A stretch of DNA of 64,000 nucleotides from Escherichia phage ph0021: sequence record OP557970.1, one strand, 5' to 3'. Position numbers and translations under genes: made by a program. Shown piece after piece: positions 1 to 8,322 of the stretch (position 1 is its first letter; the number at the start of each line of letters is the position of its first letter). The notes below the pieces were generated by a model. That model made no database searches. It was not told the origin of the DNA and saw only the letters and a list, made by a program, of their open reading frames with translations.

Positions 1-969
1 TTATTTCAGAAGAGTAACCTCAGCGATTTCTTCCCAACCGTTTTTGTCGGTCATAATAAAGTCAGCAAGATAAAGAGCAGTACGCAGTGAAACATTGCGT
101 AAACGATTAACATTGACTTTCATCCATGATAATGCTTTATAAGTTTCTTCATCAGAAAGACCGCGCTTTTGCATCATGTCGGTTGAAAGAATAACATCTT
201 CAACCCTGACCATAATTTCTTCATTAGTGTGAACACCCAAATCCAAATAAACTGAGCGGGACACTAATGCTTGTAAATGTGGAGCAAGTTTAGTACCACG
301 GTCTAATTCGCGGTCAATGTCAACGTTTGTGATAAAAACAATCGTTCCTTTAAATTCAAACTCACGCTCAATGCCTTTTTCTTCTAAGTAAGAAGATGCG
401 GTGCTCCAGCAGACTTTACGGGTCTCTCCAGTGTCCAGAGCAGCTTTCAGAAGATTAAGAATGTCCATATCAGAGAAAACATCCACATCATCAATCAAAA
501 GGACAGAATTCTCTTCACGATTATTCCAGAGCTGCTCATAAAGACCGATACCTGAGATTTTACCATTAATGCTTTTATATTCAATGTATCCAATATCATT
601 TGCTTTATTTAAAGCTTTATCTAAAGAATACGTTTTACCAATACCTGCTGCGCCAGAGATAATTAATGAACGAATGTTTCCGTTAATAATACCATTCGTC
701 ATCATTCCCATAACATTAAATCTTTTATTAATGCGGGTTTTCATATCTTCATATGATTCTTTAACTTCTTCAACTTTTACACCATCATATGAAATGTCTG
801 ATTTGTAAACCCAAACACCGCGACGCTTACCGTCAATTTCAACAAAAACTTTACCATCTCCTTGTGCATCTACTGGTGCATTATCTGGGAACCATTCGCC
901 TAAGAGCTCAAAAGTTCCAGAGATTTCTTTACCAAAGTAGATACCCTTATTGATAGTTACAGTTTTCAT
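1..969 (-). CDS. P-loop NTPase (AAA-like ATPase), early gene
   Basis: Minus ORF 1..981; Walker A GAAGIGKT and hhhhDD Walker B-like LLIDDVD; start moved to ATG at 969, 7 nt after GGAG; early promoter upstream. Confidence 0.6.
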   Translation of the reverse strand: MKTVTINKGIYFGKEISGTFELLGEWFPDNAPVDAQGDGKVFVEIDGKRRGVWVYKSDISYDGVKVEEVKESYEDMKTRINKRFNVMGMMTNGIINGNIRSLIISGAAGIGKTYSLDKALNKANDIGYIEYKSINGKISGIGLYEQLWNNREENSVLLIDDVDVFSDMDILNLLKAALDTGETRKVCWSTASSYLEEKGIEREFEFKGTIVFITNVDIDRELDRGTKLAPHLQALVSRSVYLDLGVHTNEEIMVRVEDVILSTDMMQKRGLSDEETYKALSWMKVNVNRLRNVSLRTALYLADFIMTDKNGWEEIAEVTLLK

Positions 970-1003
970 TTTATTCTCCAAATCTGTATCAGTTGATAGT
1001 TGT

Positions 1004-1055
1004 ATAGTACCATAAAGCTTTATGCTTGTAAACCGTTTTGTGAAAAAATTTTGAA
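1004..1055 (-). promoter_or_regulatory. T4-type early promoter (GTTTAC -35, 18-nt spacer, TACTAT -10, A/T-rich upstream tract)
   Basis: Minus strand reads TTTTTTCACAAAACGGTTTAC-18nt-TACTAT then leader ACAACTATCAACTGATACAG; same module recurs at 4600 and 15375. Confidence 0.5.
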
Positions 1056-1081
1056 ATAAAAAAGGGAGCCCGAAGGCTCCC
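1052..1081 (-). terminator. Rho-independent terminator (UUCG-tetraloop hairpin plus U-run)
   Basis: Minus strand GGGAGCC-UUCG-GGCUCCC followed by UUUUUUAUUU, directly after the stop of ORF 1084..2097. Confidence 0.55.
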
Positions 1082-1083
1082 TA

Positions 1084-2097
1084 TCATTTATAATAACTTC
1101 GGTGGTTTTCAAGATAGACCTTCTCAAGGAAGTCATCCCAGAAACCCATGTCTACTTTTTGCTGCATACCGTTCTTAGAAGCTTCAGTAGATGCTGCTTC
1201 TACTTGATCGACCACATCTTCCAAAAACTCTTGAACGGTTTTAAATGGATGTTTACCCAACTTCACGTCGAGAATAAATGGAGCGTCTTGAAGTGGATAG
1301 ACTAAGTCGCCAGTTTTGTAAATTTCCAATAGTTGGAGTCCACCACGGCAAGCATGACTCAAAGCTTTCCAGTCAATACCTTCATTGGCTTCGGCCTTAC
1401 GAGCACGTTCACCGTATTCAGCATCTAATTTATTCAGTGACTGCTTAAGCTCAATAAGAGAAAGCGTTGTCTGATATTTACGACCCAACACTGTGTAGAA
1501 CGTTTGTGGGCCTGTTTTCTCATGATTATGGAACACCCATTCACAGAATTCGTTTTCTGGAAGACGATGCTTAATATCTTCAACTTTAGTACGACGCTGC
1601 TTAATGGAACCGTCTTCTTGGTAATCAACCCATTGCTCAGGGATTTGATTAACTACTTTCAATACATCACGCAATGCGGCCAAACGAGAACCCTTAACAC
1701 CGTATTTAGAAGCTTGCTTGCGGACATATCCTAAATAGGATTTCATGTTAGTCGTATAAAAACGAGAACGATTGTCTTGAATAAACTTCCATACATCAGG
1801 CAAATCTGATTTAACCACTAGCTCAGGTGGAGTGTGAAGCATATCCAACGCTACAGTTTCACCGTCTGCTGCTAATTTAAAAAAATATTTAAGACTGTAT
1901 AGTTCATGGTCAATATCATCTTTAGTGTTTTTAGATGATGTGTTGTTAGTGTTTTTACTCATGTGCTCTTTGACATTTCCGATAAGAATATCGCGAGCAG
2001 GAGGAACAAAGATTTCTTTAAAATCGACATCAGATTCTGGTGTAGAAGTTCCATAAAGATGACTACCAAAATAGCTTTTCATTACTGTTTTCATCAT
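1084..2097 (-). CDS. Predicted nucleotidyltransferase (pol-beta-like NTase fold)
   Basis: 337 aa ORF; N-terminal GSHLYGTSTPESDVDF fits the hG[GS]x9-13Dh[DE]h NTase signature. Confidence 0.6.
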   Translation of the reverse strand: MMKTVMKSYFGSHLYGTSTPESDVDFKEIFVPPARDILIGNVKEHMSKNTNNTSSKNTKDDIDHELYSLKYFFKLAADGETVALDMLHTPPELVVKSDLPDVWKFIQDNRSRFYTTNMKSYLGYVRKQASKYGVKGSRLAALRDVLKVVNQIPEQWVDYQEDGSIKQRRTKVEDIKHRLPENEFCEWVFHNHEKTGPQTFYTVLGRKYQTTLSLIELKQSLNKLDAEYGERARKAEANEGIDWKALSHACRGGLQLLEIYKTGDLVYPLQDAPFILDVKLGKHPFKTVQEFLEDVVDQVEAASTEASKNGMQQKVDMGFWDDFLEKVYLENHRSYYK

Positions 2098-2555
2098 TCA
2101 GCCTTATATTCAATAACAGGACATACTTTAGCTTTACGAGCTTTTAAAAATTCAACGATAATCGATTTCTTGGGTTGAATAGGAGGTAAACCTTTATACG
2201 CTCTATCAATATTTTCTACGTGTAAAGCATAATCCTTTTTCCATTTATAATCTTTATATTTTTCACGCAAATGTGCAGGAATAACAAATGAACCGATAAC
2301 AAGTAAAACAACCAAAAGCGCAAGTATAAATGCCGATGGAAGAAGAGTCCATAAACTACCGAAAATAAGCCAACGTTGTAGGCTTTCTGCACAAATAATT
2401 GTTAACCCTACGAGTATAGCACACCCAAAAAAAGAAACGAAAAATGTAGGGATAACAATAGACCAAAAGTATGCACACAGTGTCTTAGGTCGTTTCCATT
2501 CGTCGTTAAACAGTTTGAATAATTTATAGTGCCAAGAGTTTTCATTAATAATCAT
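2094..2555 (-). CDS. Small membrane protein (two long hydrophobic segments)
   Basis: 153 aa ORF; hydrophobic stretches LCAYFWSIVIPTFFVSFFGCAILVGLTIICA and WLIFGSLWTLLPSAFILALLVVLLVIGSFVIPA; 4-nt overlap with downstream NTase. Confidence 0.5.
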   Translation of the reverse strand: MIINENSWHYKLFKLFNDEWKRPKTLCAYFWSIVIPTFFVSFFGCAILVGLTIICAESLQRWLIFGSLWTLLPSAFILALLVVLLVIGSFVIPAHLREKYKDYKWKKDYALHVENIDRAYKGLPPIQPKKSIIVEFLKARKAKVCPVIEYKAE

Positions 2556-2557
2556 AA

Positions 2558-3079
2558 TTATCCTTTCATTGAAGGTGTAACAGTTGTTAAATACTTAATC
2601 ATAGCTTCAGCTTCTGATTTTGATAATGAAATTTCTTCATTGTTTTGACGAATAGAAATAAAATCCGGATGACGGTCACCACCAGCTTTTAAAACACACA
2701 TATAAGTATCAGTTTCATCTTCAATATCTGAAATGATTGAAGCAGTTCCACATGAATGTGGTTTTTGATAAATCAATACAGCTTTTCTTCCGCCATTTGA
2801 CTGTTCATAAACTTTTAATACATCAAACAAATCACTTCTTTTATCAATAGCTAAAATGTTATTTTCATCTTCAATGTTAAATCCTTCGGATACTTCATAA
2901 AGTGTTACCCATAAATCACCGATGTCAATAACAGCATTTACGTTTCCACGGCTTTCAAGAGCATGACAAATTTTCTTGATTTCGTCATAACTCATTTTAA
3001 TAATATCATCTCCTTGAATAAGAAAGATGTCATTTTTAAATTCAACACGAATTAAACCACTTCCACTTGAAATAAACAT
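2558..3079 (-). CDS. Hypothetical protein, paralog of 3086..3652
   Basis: 173 aa ORF; C-terminal EAEAMIKYLTTVTPSM matches C-terminus of the adjacent ORF. Confidence 0.5.
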   Translation of the reverse strand: MFISSGSGLIRVEFKNDIFLIQGDDIIKMSYDEIKKICHALESRGNVNAVIDIGDLWVTLYEVSEGFNIEDENNILAIDKRSDLFDVLKVYEQSNGGRKAVLIYQKPHSCGTASIISDIEDETDTYMCVLKAGGDRHPDFISIRQNNEEISLSKSEAEAMIKYLTTVTPSMKG

Positions 3080-3085
3080 ATTTCC

Positions 3086-3652
3086 TCACTTTGAAATCAT
3101 AGTTGGAATGACAGAATCAAGATAAGTCTTTAGCGCAATAGCTTCGTCTTTGGTAAATGTAATGATATGTGATCGAAAATCATCAATTTGACGAATAGAT
3201 ACTACATCTCCCTCTTCATAGCATTTTGACACATTTAAAATAGTTTCATCATTCTGATCACACTGATCGCAAGCGTTAGTAATAATAGCATTGCAATTTT
3301 TGAGCCATTTTAAACTATGTTTTCTTTCATTAGAATAATAAAAATATTTAATGTAAGTTATAAAATTATCCCAATTATTAATTGATAAGCACATTGACTC
3401 GCTTTTAATATTAAATCCTGGGCATGAAGAATAAAAATGAATTTTATGCTCATCATTAATGCTTATAATTTTATCAGTGTAAGCATATTCAATTTGGGTT
3501 AAACGAACAATTTCGCTAGGCGTAAAATATAACATGTCATCTTCTTGCGTCAAACGATACATGTTATTTACTTTTTCTATAGCCAATTCACCAAAAAGTG
3601 GACTAACTTCTAATACTAATCGTTTCATATTGATTCTCTTCGACTCGCTCAC
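3086..3652 (-). CDS. Hypothetical Cys-containing protein, paralog of 2558..3079
   Basis: 188 aa ORF; CDQCDQ motif; C-terminal EAIALKTYLDSVIPTM; GTG or internal ATG start preceded by AGGAG. Confidence 0.5.
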   Translation of the reverse strand: MSESKRINMKRLVLEVSPLFGELAIEKVNNMYRLTQEDDMLYFTPSEIVRLTQIEYAYTDKIISINDEHKIHFYSSCPGFNIKSESMCLSINNWDNFITYIKYFYYSNERKHSLKWLKNCNAIITNACDQCDQNDETILNVSKCYEEGDVVSIRQIDDFRSHIITFTKDEAIALKTYLDSVIPTMISK

Positions 3653-3654
3653 AA

Positions 3655-3757
3655 TTACACACTCCTTTGAATAATATCAATAATGTTGTTCACCAGATTA
3701 TAAGTAAACATTGGATAATTATATTGAATCATCACATACACAACAAACAAAACTTTC
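3655..3757 (-). CDS. Small hydrophobic peptide (33 aa), candidate micro-ORF
   Basis: Hand-translated MKVLFVVYVMIQYNYPMFTYNLVNNIIDIIQRSV; preceded by AGGAGAAGAGA and an early-promoter-like GTTTAC-18-TATAGT. Confidence 0.25.
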
Positions 3758-3787
3758 ATTCTCTTCTCCTTGGCAGTTGACAAGATT

Positions 3788-3817
3788 ACTATATCATAAC
3801 CTTGCCAACTTGTAAAC
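3788..3817 (-). promoter_or_regulatory. Early-type promoter (GTTTAC -35, 18 nt, TATAGT -10)
   Basis: Minus strand GTTTACAAGTTGGCAAGGTTATGATATAGT upstream of the micro-ORF and ORF 3086..3652. Confidence 0.4.
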
Positions 3818-3819
3818 CA

Positions 3820-3993
3820 TTAAATGACGTTTTCAATAAAATTCTGAAGCTTTGTGTGAGCATCAACCATGATTTTCATTTCTTCCTTTGCGAAAGCTGT
3901 ACCTCTTTCTCGAGCAGAATACTCATAGTCAGAAACTGCATTAGCATATTCTTCAATTAGCTTCATTAAAAACATCTGCTTTTCAGTTTTCAT
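3820..3993 (-). CDS. Small hypothetical protein (57 aa) beginning MKTEKQ
   Basis: Hand-translated MKTEKQMFLMKLIEEYANAVSDYEYSARERGTAFAKEEMKIMVDAHTKLQNFIENVI; start region identical over 27 bp to that of gene 4180..4383. Confidence 0.4.
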   Translation of the reverse strand: MKTEKQMFLMKLIEEYANAVSDYEYSARERGTAFAKEEMKIMVDAHTKLQNFIENVI

Positions 3994-4177
3994 TATTCCA
4001 CCTAATCATTTCAAGATATTGGACTAACTTAGCTTTAGATTTATCCAAATCCTTTTTAGCTGCTTCTATACCGTCGTATGAATATCCTTCACAATGCTCA
4101 ACTGCTAATTGATATGAATCTATTTCAACATCACGTGCTAATTTAATGATTTTTTCAAACTGTTCGTGCGTTAGCAT
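3983..4177 (-). CDS. Hypothetical protein (64 aa)
   Basis: ORF track; tightly packed in minus-strand early gene array. Confidence 0.45.
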   Translation of the reverse strand: MLTHEQFEKIIKLARDVEIDSYQLAVEHCEGYSYDGIEAAKKDLDKSKAKLVQYLEMIRWNNEN

Positions 4178-4179
4178 AC

Positions 4180-4383
4180 TTAAACTCTCGTATTATGATC
4201 GATAATTTCATCAAGAAACATATCTAACGCTTCTATAGCATTATCCACTTTAGTTTCAAAGTCTTTAATGCCTTTATTCGAAATACCCGATGAATACCAA
4301 GCAAAGTCAATCAGCTCTTCATCTGCTTTGCGAATTGAAGCCACTAATTCCTTAATTTTATCCGCTTGCTTTTCAGTTTTCAT
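4180..4383 (-). CDS. Hypothetical protein (67 aa) beginning MKTEKQ
   Basis: Internal ATG of ORF 4180..4419 preceded by GGTGGAATA; same 27-bp initiation region as gene at 3993. Confidence 0.5.
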   Translation of the reverse strand: MKTEKQADKIKELVASIRKADEELIDFAWYSSGISNKGIKDFETKVDNAIEALDMFLDEIIDHNTRV

Positions 4384-4571
4384 TATTCCACCACATATGA
4401 CAGAGAGAATATTGCACACGCCATATGCGTTGCAGCTTCATCACACATATTATAACGTTTCTTAAGAAGTTCTACAAGTTCTTCACTAGTAACTTCATCC
4501 ATGTCGACGAAAAAATCACCATTAATGATGACGTAGATATTTCCTTCTTGATTAAGTGCTTCAATTTTCAT
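4383..4571 (-). CDS. Hypothetical protein (62 aa)
   Basis: ORF 4383..4616 trimmed to ATG at 4571, which follows AGGAG and the early promoter leader. Confidence 0.5.
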   Translation of the reverse strand: MKIEALNQEGNIYVIINGDFFVDMDEVTSEELVELLKKRYNMCDEAATHMACAIFSLSYVVE

Positions 4572-4599
4572 GATGTTCTCCTCTTTATCCGATAGTTGT

Positions 4600-4640
4600 A
4601 TAGTACCACAGCTCAAACGGAAAGTAAACCGGTAAAATGA
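4600..4640 (-). promoter_or_regulatory. T4-type early promoter (GTTTAC, 18 nt, TACTAT)
   Basis: -35 at 4624-4629 and -10 at 4600-4605 on minus strand; conserved leader ACAACTATC. Confidence 0.5.
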
Positions 4641-4661
4641 AAAAAGTCTCCCGAAGGAGAC
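4638..4661 (-). terminator. Rho-independent terminator (UUCG tetraloop)
   Basis: Minus strand GUCUCC-UUCG-GGAGAC followed by UUUUUU, directly after rI.-1 stop. Confidence 0.5.
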
Positions 4662-4666
4662 TAATG

Positions 4667-5053
4667 TTATTCGAGGGAAAGAAGATATTTACTCTGGTAA
4701 AACATTCCAGTAATATCATCTATCGTGCTTTGGATGGCTGGAGGCATTTCTTTATAAATGCTGTTAGATTGATCTAGTATGTGATCAATCATTTTAATTG
4801 TATCGGTAGGAAGTTTACTGGCATCTGGAATAGAAGGCGTGTATTTTCTACCAGAATACCCAAAATATTGCTCACCAAATTTATCAATCAAATCTGGCAA
4901 CTCAGAGAAAATAAAATCGTATGCTTTGTGTCTAGCATAACTTTTAGTTTCAAAATGCGCAGAATGAAAATAAGCTTGTGCAGCCATTAATAAACCTAAG
5001 TATTCATCTGCCTTTGAAGGTTTTCCACTTTGTGAAAAGTCGCTGAATTTCAT
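4667..5053 (-). CDS. rI.-1: RI.-1-like protein
   Basis: 128 aa ORF immediately downstream of rI with 4-nt overlap, as in T4. Confidence 0.55.
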   Translation of the reverse strand: MKFSDFSQSGKPSKADEYLGLLMAAQAYFHSAHFETKSYARHKAYDFIFSELPDLIDKFGEQYFGYSGRKYTPSIPDASKLPTDTIKMIDHILDQSNSIYKEMPPAIQSTIDDITGMFYQSKYLLSLE

Positions 5054-5343
5054 TCAGTCTCCAATTTAATGTTCATAATTCTAGCGTATGATTGTGCCAT
5101 CTCCGCGCCTCGCTCTATACATTCAAAATCAGAAGAGCACGGGTCATTTTTATAGGTCGTTCTCATAAAACTATAGAATTGTTCAGACGATTCTACGCTT
5201 TTATTTTCAAAAAGCATATAAACGTGCCTAATACCAGATTCCATAAATTTATCAAAATGAGGATCGACATTCGCTTCAATCGGTGTAGATAAAGCAAACG
5301 CTAATCCTAGCATGGCAAATAGTGCCGTTGCTTTTAAGGCCAT
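5050..5343 (-). CDS. rI: RI lysis-inhibition regulator (periplasmic antiholin)
   Basis: 97 aa; signal peptide MALKATALFAMLGLAFALSTPIEA; matches T4 RI as recalled, same length. Confidence 0.85.
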   Translation of the reverse strand: MALKATALFAMLGLAFALSTPIEANVDPHFDKFMESGIRHVYMLFENKSVESSEQFYSFMRTTYKNDPCSSDFECIERGAEMAQSYARIMNIKLETE

Positions 5344-5355
5344 AAAGGCCTCCTA

Positions 5356-5568
5356 TCATTTTTGTCCTGTATTTACTTTATGCCGATGCACGGCCTTAAC
5401 TTTATCAAGGTATTTTTCAAAATTTCGCAATCTAGTATAGTCTGCCGGAGATTGGTTGAGTGATACTTCTCGACGCAAAGCTGAAATGATATTTCCAACT
5501 TCCCTACGAATTTCATCTAATTGAAGCACAGTAAGATTGCGAAGTTGCTTTTCAGTTAATTGTAGCAT
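5356..5568 (-). CDS. Hypothetical protein (rI.1 position)
   Basis: 70 aa ORF between rI and tk. Confidence 0.5.
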
Positions 5569-5610
5569 ATATACCCCTTTAGTTAGATAAACCTATTTAT
5601 AACTTTTGCA

Positions 5611-6192
5611 CTAACCGAGCTTTTTAGTTAATTCATTCCAATGTTTTCTACACAAAGAAACATAAATTTCATCACCAATACAGATTTGATTACCTTCTTT
5701 AACTGGTGTTCCATCTTCCGTTAATCGAGCTGTCATAATCGCTTTTTTACCACAATGACAAACTGCTTTTAGTTCAATAAGTTTATCTGCAATCGCCAAA
5801 AGTTCTTTAGAACCTTCAAATAATTTTCCAGCGAAATCAGTCCTTAGCCCATAAGCCATAACAGGAACATTATATGTATCAACAATTCGGCTTAATTGAT
5901 ACACTTGTTCAGTTTTTAAAAACTGAGCTTCATCTACAAATACGCAATGAATATCTTTTTGTGCTTCAGCCCATTTATAGAACTCAAAAATATCCATATC
6001 ATCCGTAATAATATTCGCTTCCTGTTTAATTCCAATGCGAGAAACGACTTCACAGACAGAATCGCGAGTATCAATAGCAGGCTTAAGAACTAATACACTC
6101 ATTCCACGTTCTTTATAATTATGTGCAGCAGTCAAAAGAGAAGCAGATTTTCCAGCATTCATTGCTGCGTAAGTAAAAATTAAACTCGCCAT
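5611..6192 (-). CDS. tk: Thymidine kinase
   Basis: 193 aa; P-loop NAGKSASLL, VDEAQF, C-terminal CxCG...C zinc motif; same length as T4 Tk. Confidence 0.95.
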   Translation of the reverse strand: MASLIFTYAAMNAGKSASLLTAAHNYKERGMSVLVLKPAIDTRDSVCEVVSRIGIKQEANIITDDMDIFEFYKWAEAQKDIHCVFVDEAQFLKTEQVYQLSRIVDTYNVPVMAYGLRTDFAGKLFEGSKELLAIADKLIELKAVCHCGKKAIMTARLTEDGTPVKEGNQICIGDEIYVSLCRKHWNELTKKLG

Positions 6193-6201
6193 ATCACCTT
6201 C

Positions 6202-6387
6202 TTAAAGCATATTCACATAAGCTATTAATTCGTTTTCTTTCTTATCAAACCGATCAGCAAATTCTTCTTGCTGTTCGGGAGATAGCGGGCCGTATTCATC
6301 ATAAAAGGTGTTTGCTTCTGTATGCTCATCTAGAAGTTCATGGATAAGCTCAAACAATTTATCTTTTTGTTCTTTACTCAGACTCAT
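6202..6387 (-). CDS. Hypothetical acidic small protein (tk.1 position)
   Basis: 61 aa ORF. Confidence 0.5.
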   Translation of the reverse strand: MSLSKEQKDKLFELIHELLDEHTEANTFYDEYGPLSPEQQEEFADRFDKKENELIAYVNML

Positions 6388-6553
6388 ATATTAATTTCCA
6401 GGAGTTTTAAAATAATTCGCTTTTGCTTAAATATTTCCATAGTTAAATGACCAGTATCTTTTTGACCGATTCCAATGGCAAAACCTTTATTGACAGCGAG
6501 TTCAATTAAATTATCAATCTCACGTAACACTTCATACTGTAACTCAAAACTAT

Positions 6554-6766
6554 TCATTTCGGTTTACCTTCTTTAACGAAATCTGGATAAGGATAAAATC
6601 CCGAATAAAATCCTTCACCTTTATGATTGATGCATCCTTTATTAGAACAATAGCACCAATAATCGAAATCACAAGCCATTTCATCGTTGCATAAAGCAAA
6701 AACAACTGGCCATTTACACTTTTCACAATGGGCATTTTTAAGAATACTAGTTTGGCTCATAACCAT
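6554..6766 (-). CDS. Cys-rich small protein (tk.2 position)
   Basis: 70 aa ORF with 9 Cys; preferred over overlapping ORF 6550..6735 in another frame. Confidence 0.45.
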   Translation of the reverse strand: MVMSQTSILKNAHCEKCKWPVVFALCNDEMACDFDYWCYCSNKGCINHKGEGFYSGFYPYPDFVKEGKPK

Positions 6767-6984
6767 GTAACCTTTAAGCAGTATTCTTCTACATGTTGTT
6801 TACGACCTTTCTTATCAATAAAGGTATATTCAACGAATGTTCCAATGTAGTCTTTATCTACATCATGCGGACTATTAATTGGACATTTAGTACGGCAAAT
6901 GCGTTCCCATTGACGAATAATTACTGCCTTATTCTTTGGGTCATATGGATGTGGATAATGTATATTCATAATAACGGTTCCCAA
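6757..6984 (-). CDS. Hypothetical protein (tk.3 position)
   Basis: 75 aa ORF. Confidence 0.45.
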   Translation of the reverse strand: MGTVIMNIHYPHPYDPKNKAVIIRQWERICRTKCPINSPHDVDKDYIGTFVEYTFIDKKGRKQHVEEYCLKVTWL

Positions 6985-7433
6985 TCAACAATCACAATTT
7001 CTAATTTAGAGGAATATGTATCTAAAATCCCCTCAATAATATCCCAGTTCCCTTTACCTATGCCTGCACCAATCCTAGGCATATAGATTGTAGGTTTAAT
7101 CAGTTTATTTTCACCAAACTCATTTAATTCTAACATACAATTCATTAAAGCGGAATACTCAAAATTTGGCCCTGGTTGAAATTGAGTATAAAGGTTGAAG
7201 CAATACGCTTTATGAGTCCTAAAGTATTTTTCATAGACTGAGTAAGAACCGAGTTTAGTTACATCACCCCATTCAGTCTGTAATTTATCAGCTTCCAAAA
7301 TTTTAGGGAAAGCTTTGGTTAATTGACCCGCTACGCCTGAACCCATAGTATGAAAACAATTGCATCCATGCGCAATATTTTTACCTTCAGCGAAAAGGGC
7401 GACAATATCGCCCTTGATATATTTTACAATCAT
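6966..7433 (-). CDS. Macro-domain protein (ADP-ribose binding/processing fold)
   Basis: 155 aa; GDIVALFAEGKNIAHGCNCFHTMGSGVAGQL and IGAGIGKG resemble macro-domain signatures. Confidence 0.6.
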   Translation of the reverse strand: MIVKYIKGDIVALFAEGKNIAHGCNCFHTMGSGVAGQLTKAFPKILEADKLQTEWGDVTKLGSYSVYEKYFRTHKAYCFNLYTQFQPGPNFEYSALMNCMLELNEFGENKLIKPTIYMPRIGAGIGKGNWDIIEGILDTYSSKLEIVIVDWEPLL

Positions 7434-7777
7434 CTAGTACTCAATCCTCGATTATAAGAATCTACCAAACGGTCAACCATTGAATGACAAGCGGCTTTAT
7501 CTTTCTCCTCCGCAACTGAACATTCTAAGGTATTCCACTTTTTAGCATATCGTTTTAATAATGTATCGTTTTTGTATCTGCTTGATTTATCTCTTTCTCC
7601 GTCTTTATATGCATATATTAATTTCTGTGCAAATTCAGCTTGGCATGCTTTATTTTTCCCACAATAATCCGCGGCAGTACGGTTTACATACTCTCTAATT
7701 TCAGTATATGATGTATCTGCTGACGCATAAGCAGAAAATGAAATTAATCCTATACATAAAACCAAAATTTTAGTCAT
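7430..7777 (-). CDS. Secreted small protein at the T4 vs position
   Basis: 115 aa ORF with N-terminal signal peptide; same length and position as T4 vs. Confidence 0.5.
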   Translation of the reverse strand: MTKILVLCIGLISFSAYASADTSYTEIREYVNRTAADYCGKNKACQAEFAQKLIYAYKDGERDKSSRYKNDTLLKRYAKKWNTLECSVAEEKDKAACHSMVDRLVDSYNRGLSTR

Positions 7778-8315
7778 TTACTATTTCCAAAAGTTTATTA
7801 TTTTTAAGGTAATTAGCCTTTTCTAGGACTTCAGAAGCATATTTAGAACCTGCTTTAACATTCCATCCCGAATTATAAGATGATATTGCTTTTCTTATAT
7901 CACCCTTATGTATATTTAACCAATAAGAAAGTTCAATGTACGCCCAGGAAGCTGAATTGGACCGTTTATTCAACATTCTTTTTATTTCAGCATCGGTCAT
8001 ATTATAACCAAGTTCCTTAACTCTTGCTCGCATAGTAGGTAAATAATTTTGGAACATTCCATAAGCGTGATGCTTTGGTTTAGATTTTAAATTAACTCCG
8101 CCAGAGCTTTCTTGCCATAAAATAGCAGCCATTATATGACCTAATCCGCTCTTGTGGATATTTTTGTGTGTTTTATATTTTCCATCCTTAGAAAATTGTT
8201 CCCCGAATTGATACGCGTAACGCATGTTATCGAGTTGGACATTACTGAAAGTATGCTCGGAGCTATGTGCCATCATTGAAATGGCCAATAGACCAGCGAG
8301 TAGTGCTTTTCTCAT
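7770..8315 (-). CDS. Periplasmic lytic-transglycosylase-like protein (SLT-like, vs.1 position)
   Basis: 181 aa; signal peptide; ILWQESSGG ... AYGMFQ ... SSYNSG resemble SLT motifs. Confidence 0.6.
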   Translation of the reverse strand: MRKALLAGLLAISMMAHSSEHTFSNVQLDNMRYAYQFGEQFSKDGKYKTHKNIHKSGLGHIMAAILWQESSGGVNLKSKPKHHAYGMFQNYLPTMRARVKELGYNMTDAEIKRMLNKRSNSASWAYIELSYWLNIHKGDIRKAISSYNSGWNVKAGSKYASEVLEKANYLKNNKLLEIVND

Positions 8316-8322
8316 GCTTACC

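Noticed and set aside
6550-6735. 61-aa minus-strand ORF overlapping the Cys-rich 70-aa ORF
   Set aside because: Alternative frame over the same DNA; the Cys-rich frame is more protein-like and fits the gene spacing. Only one is likely real.
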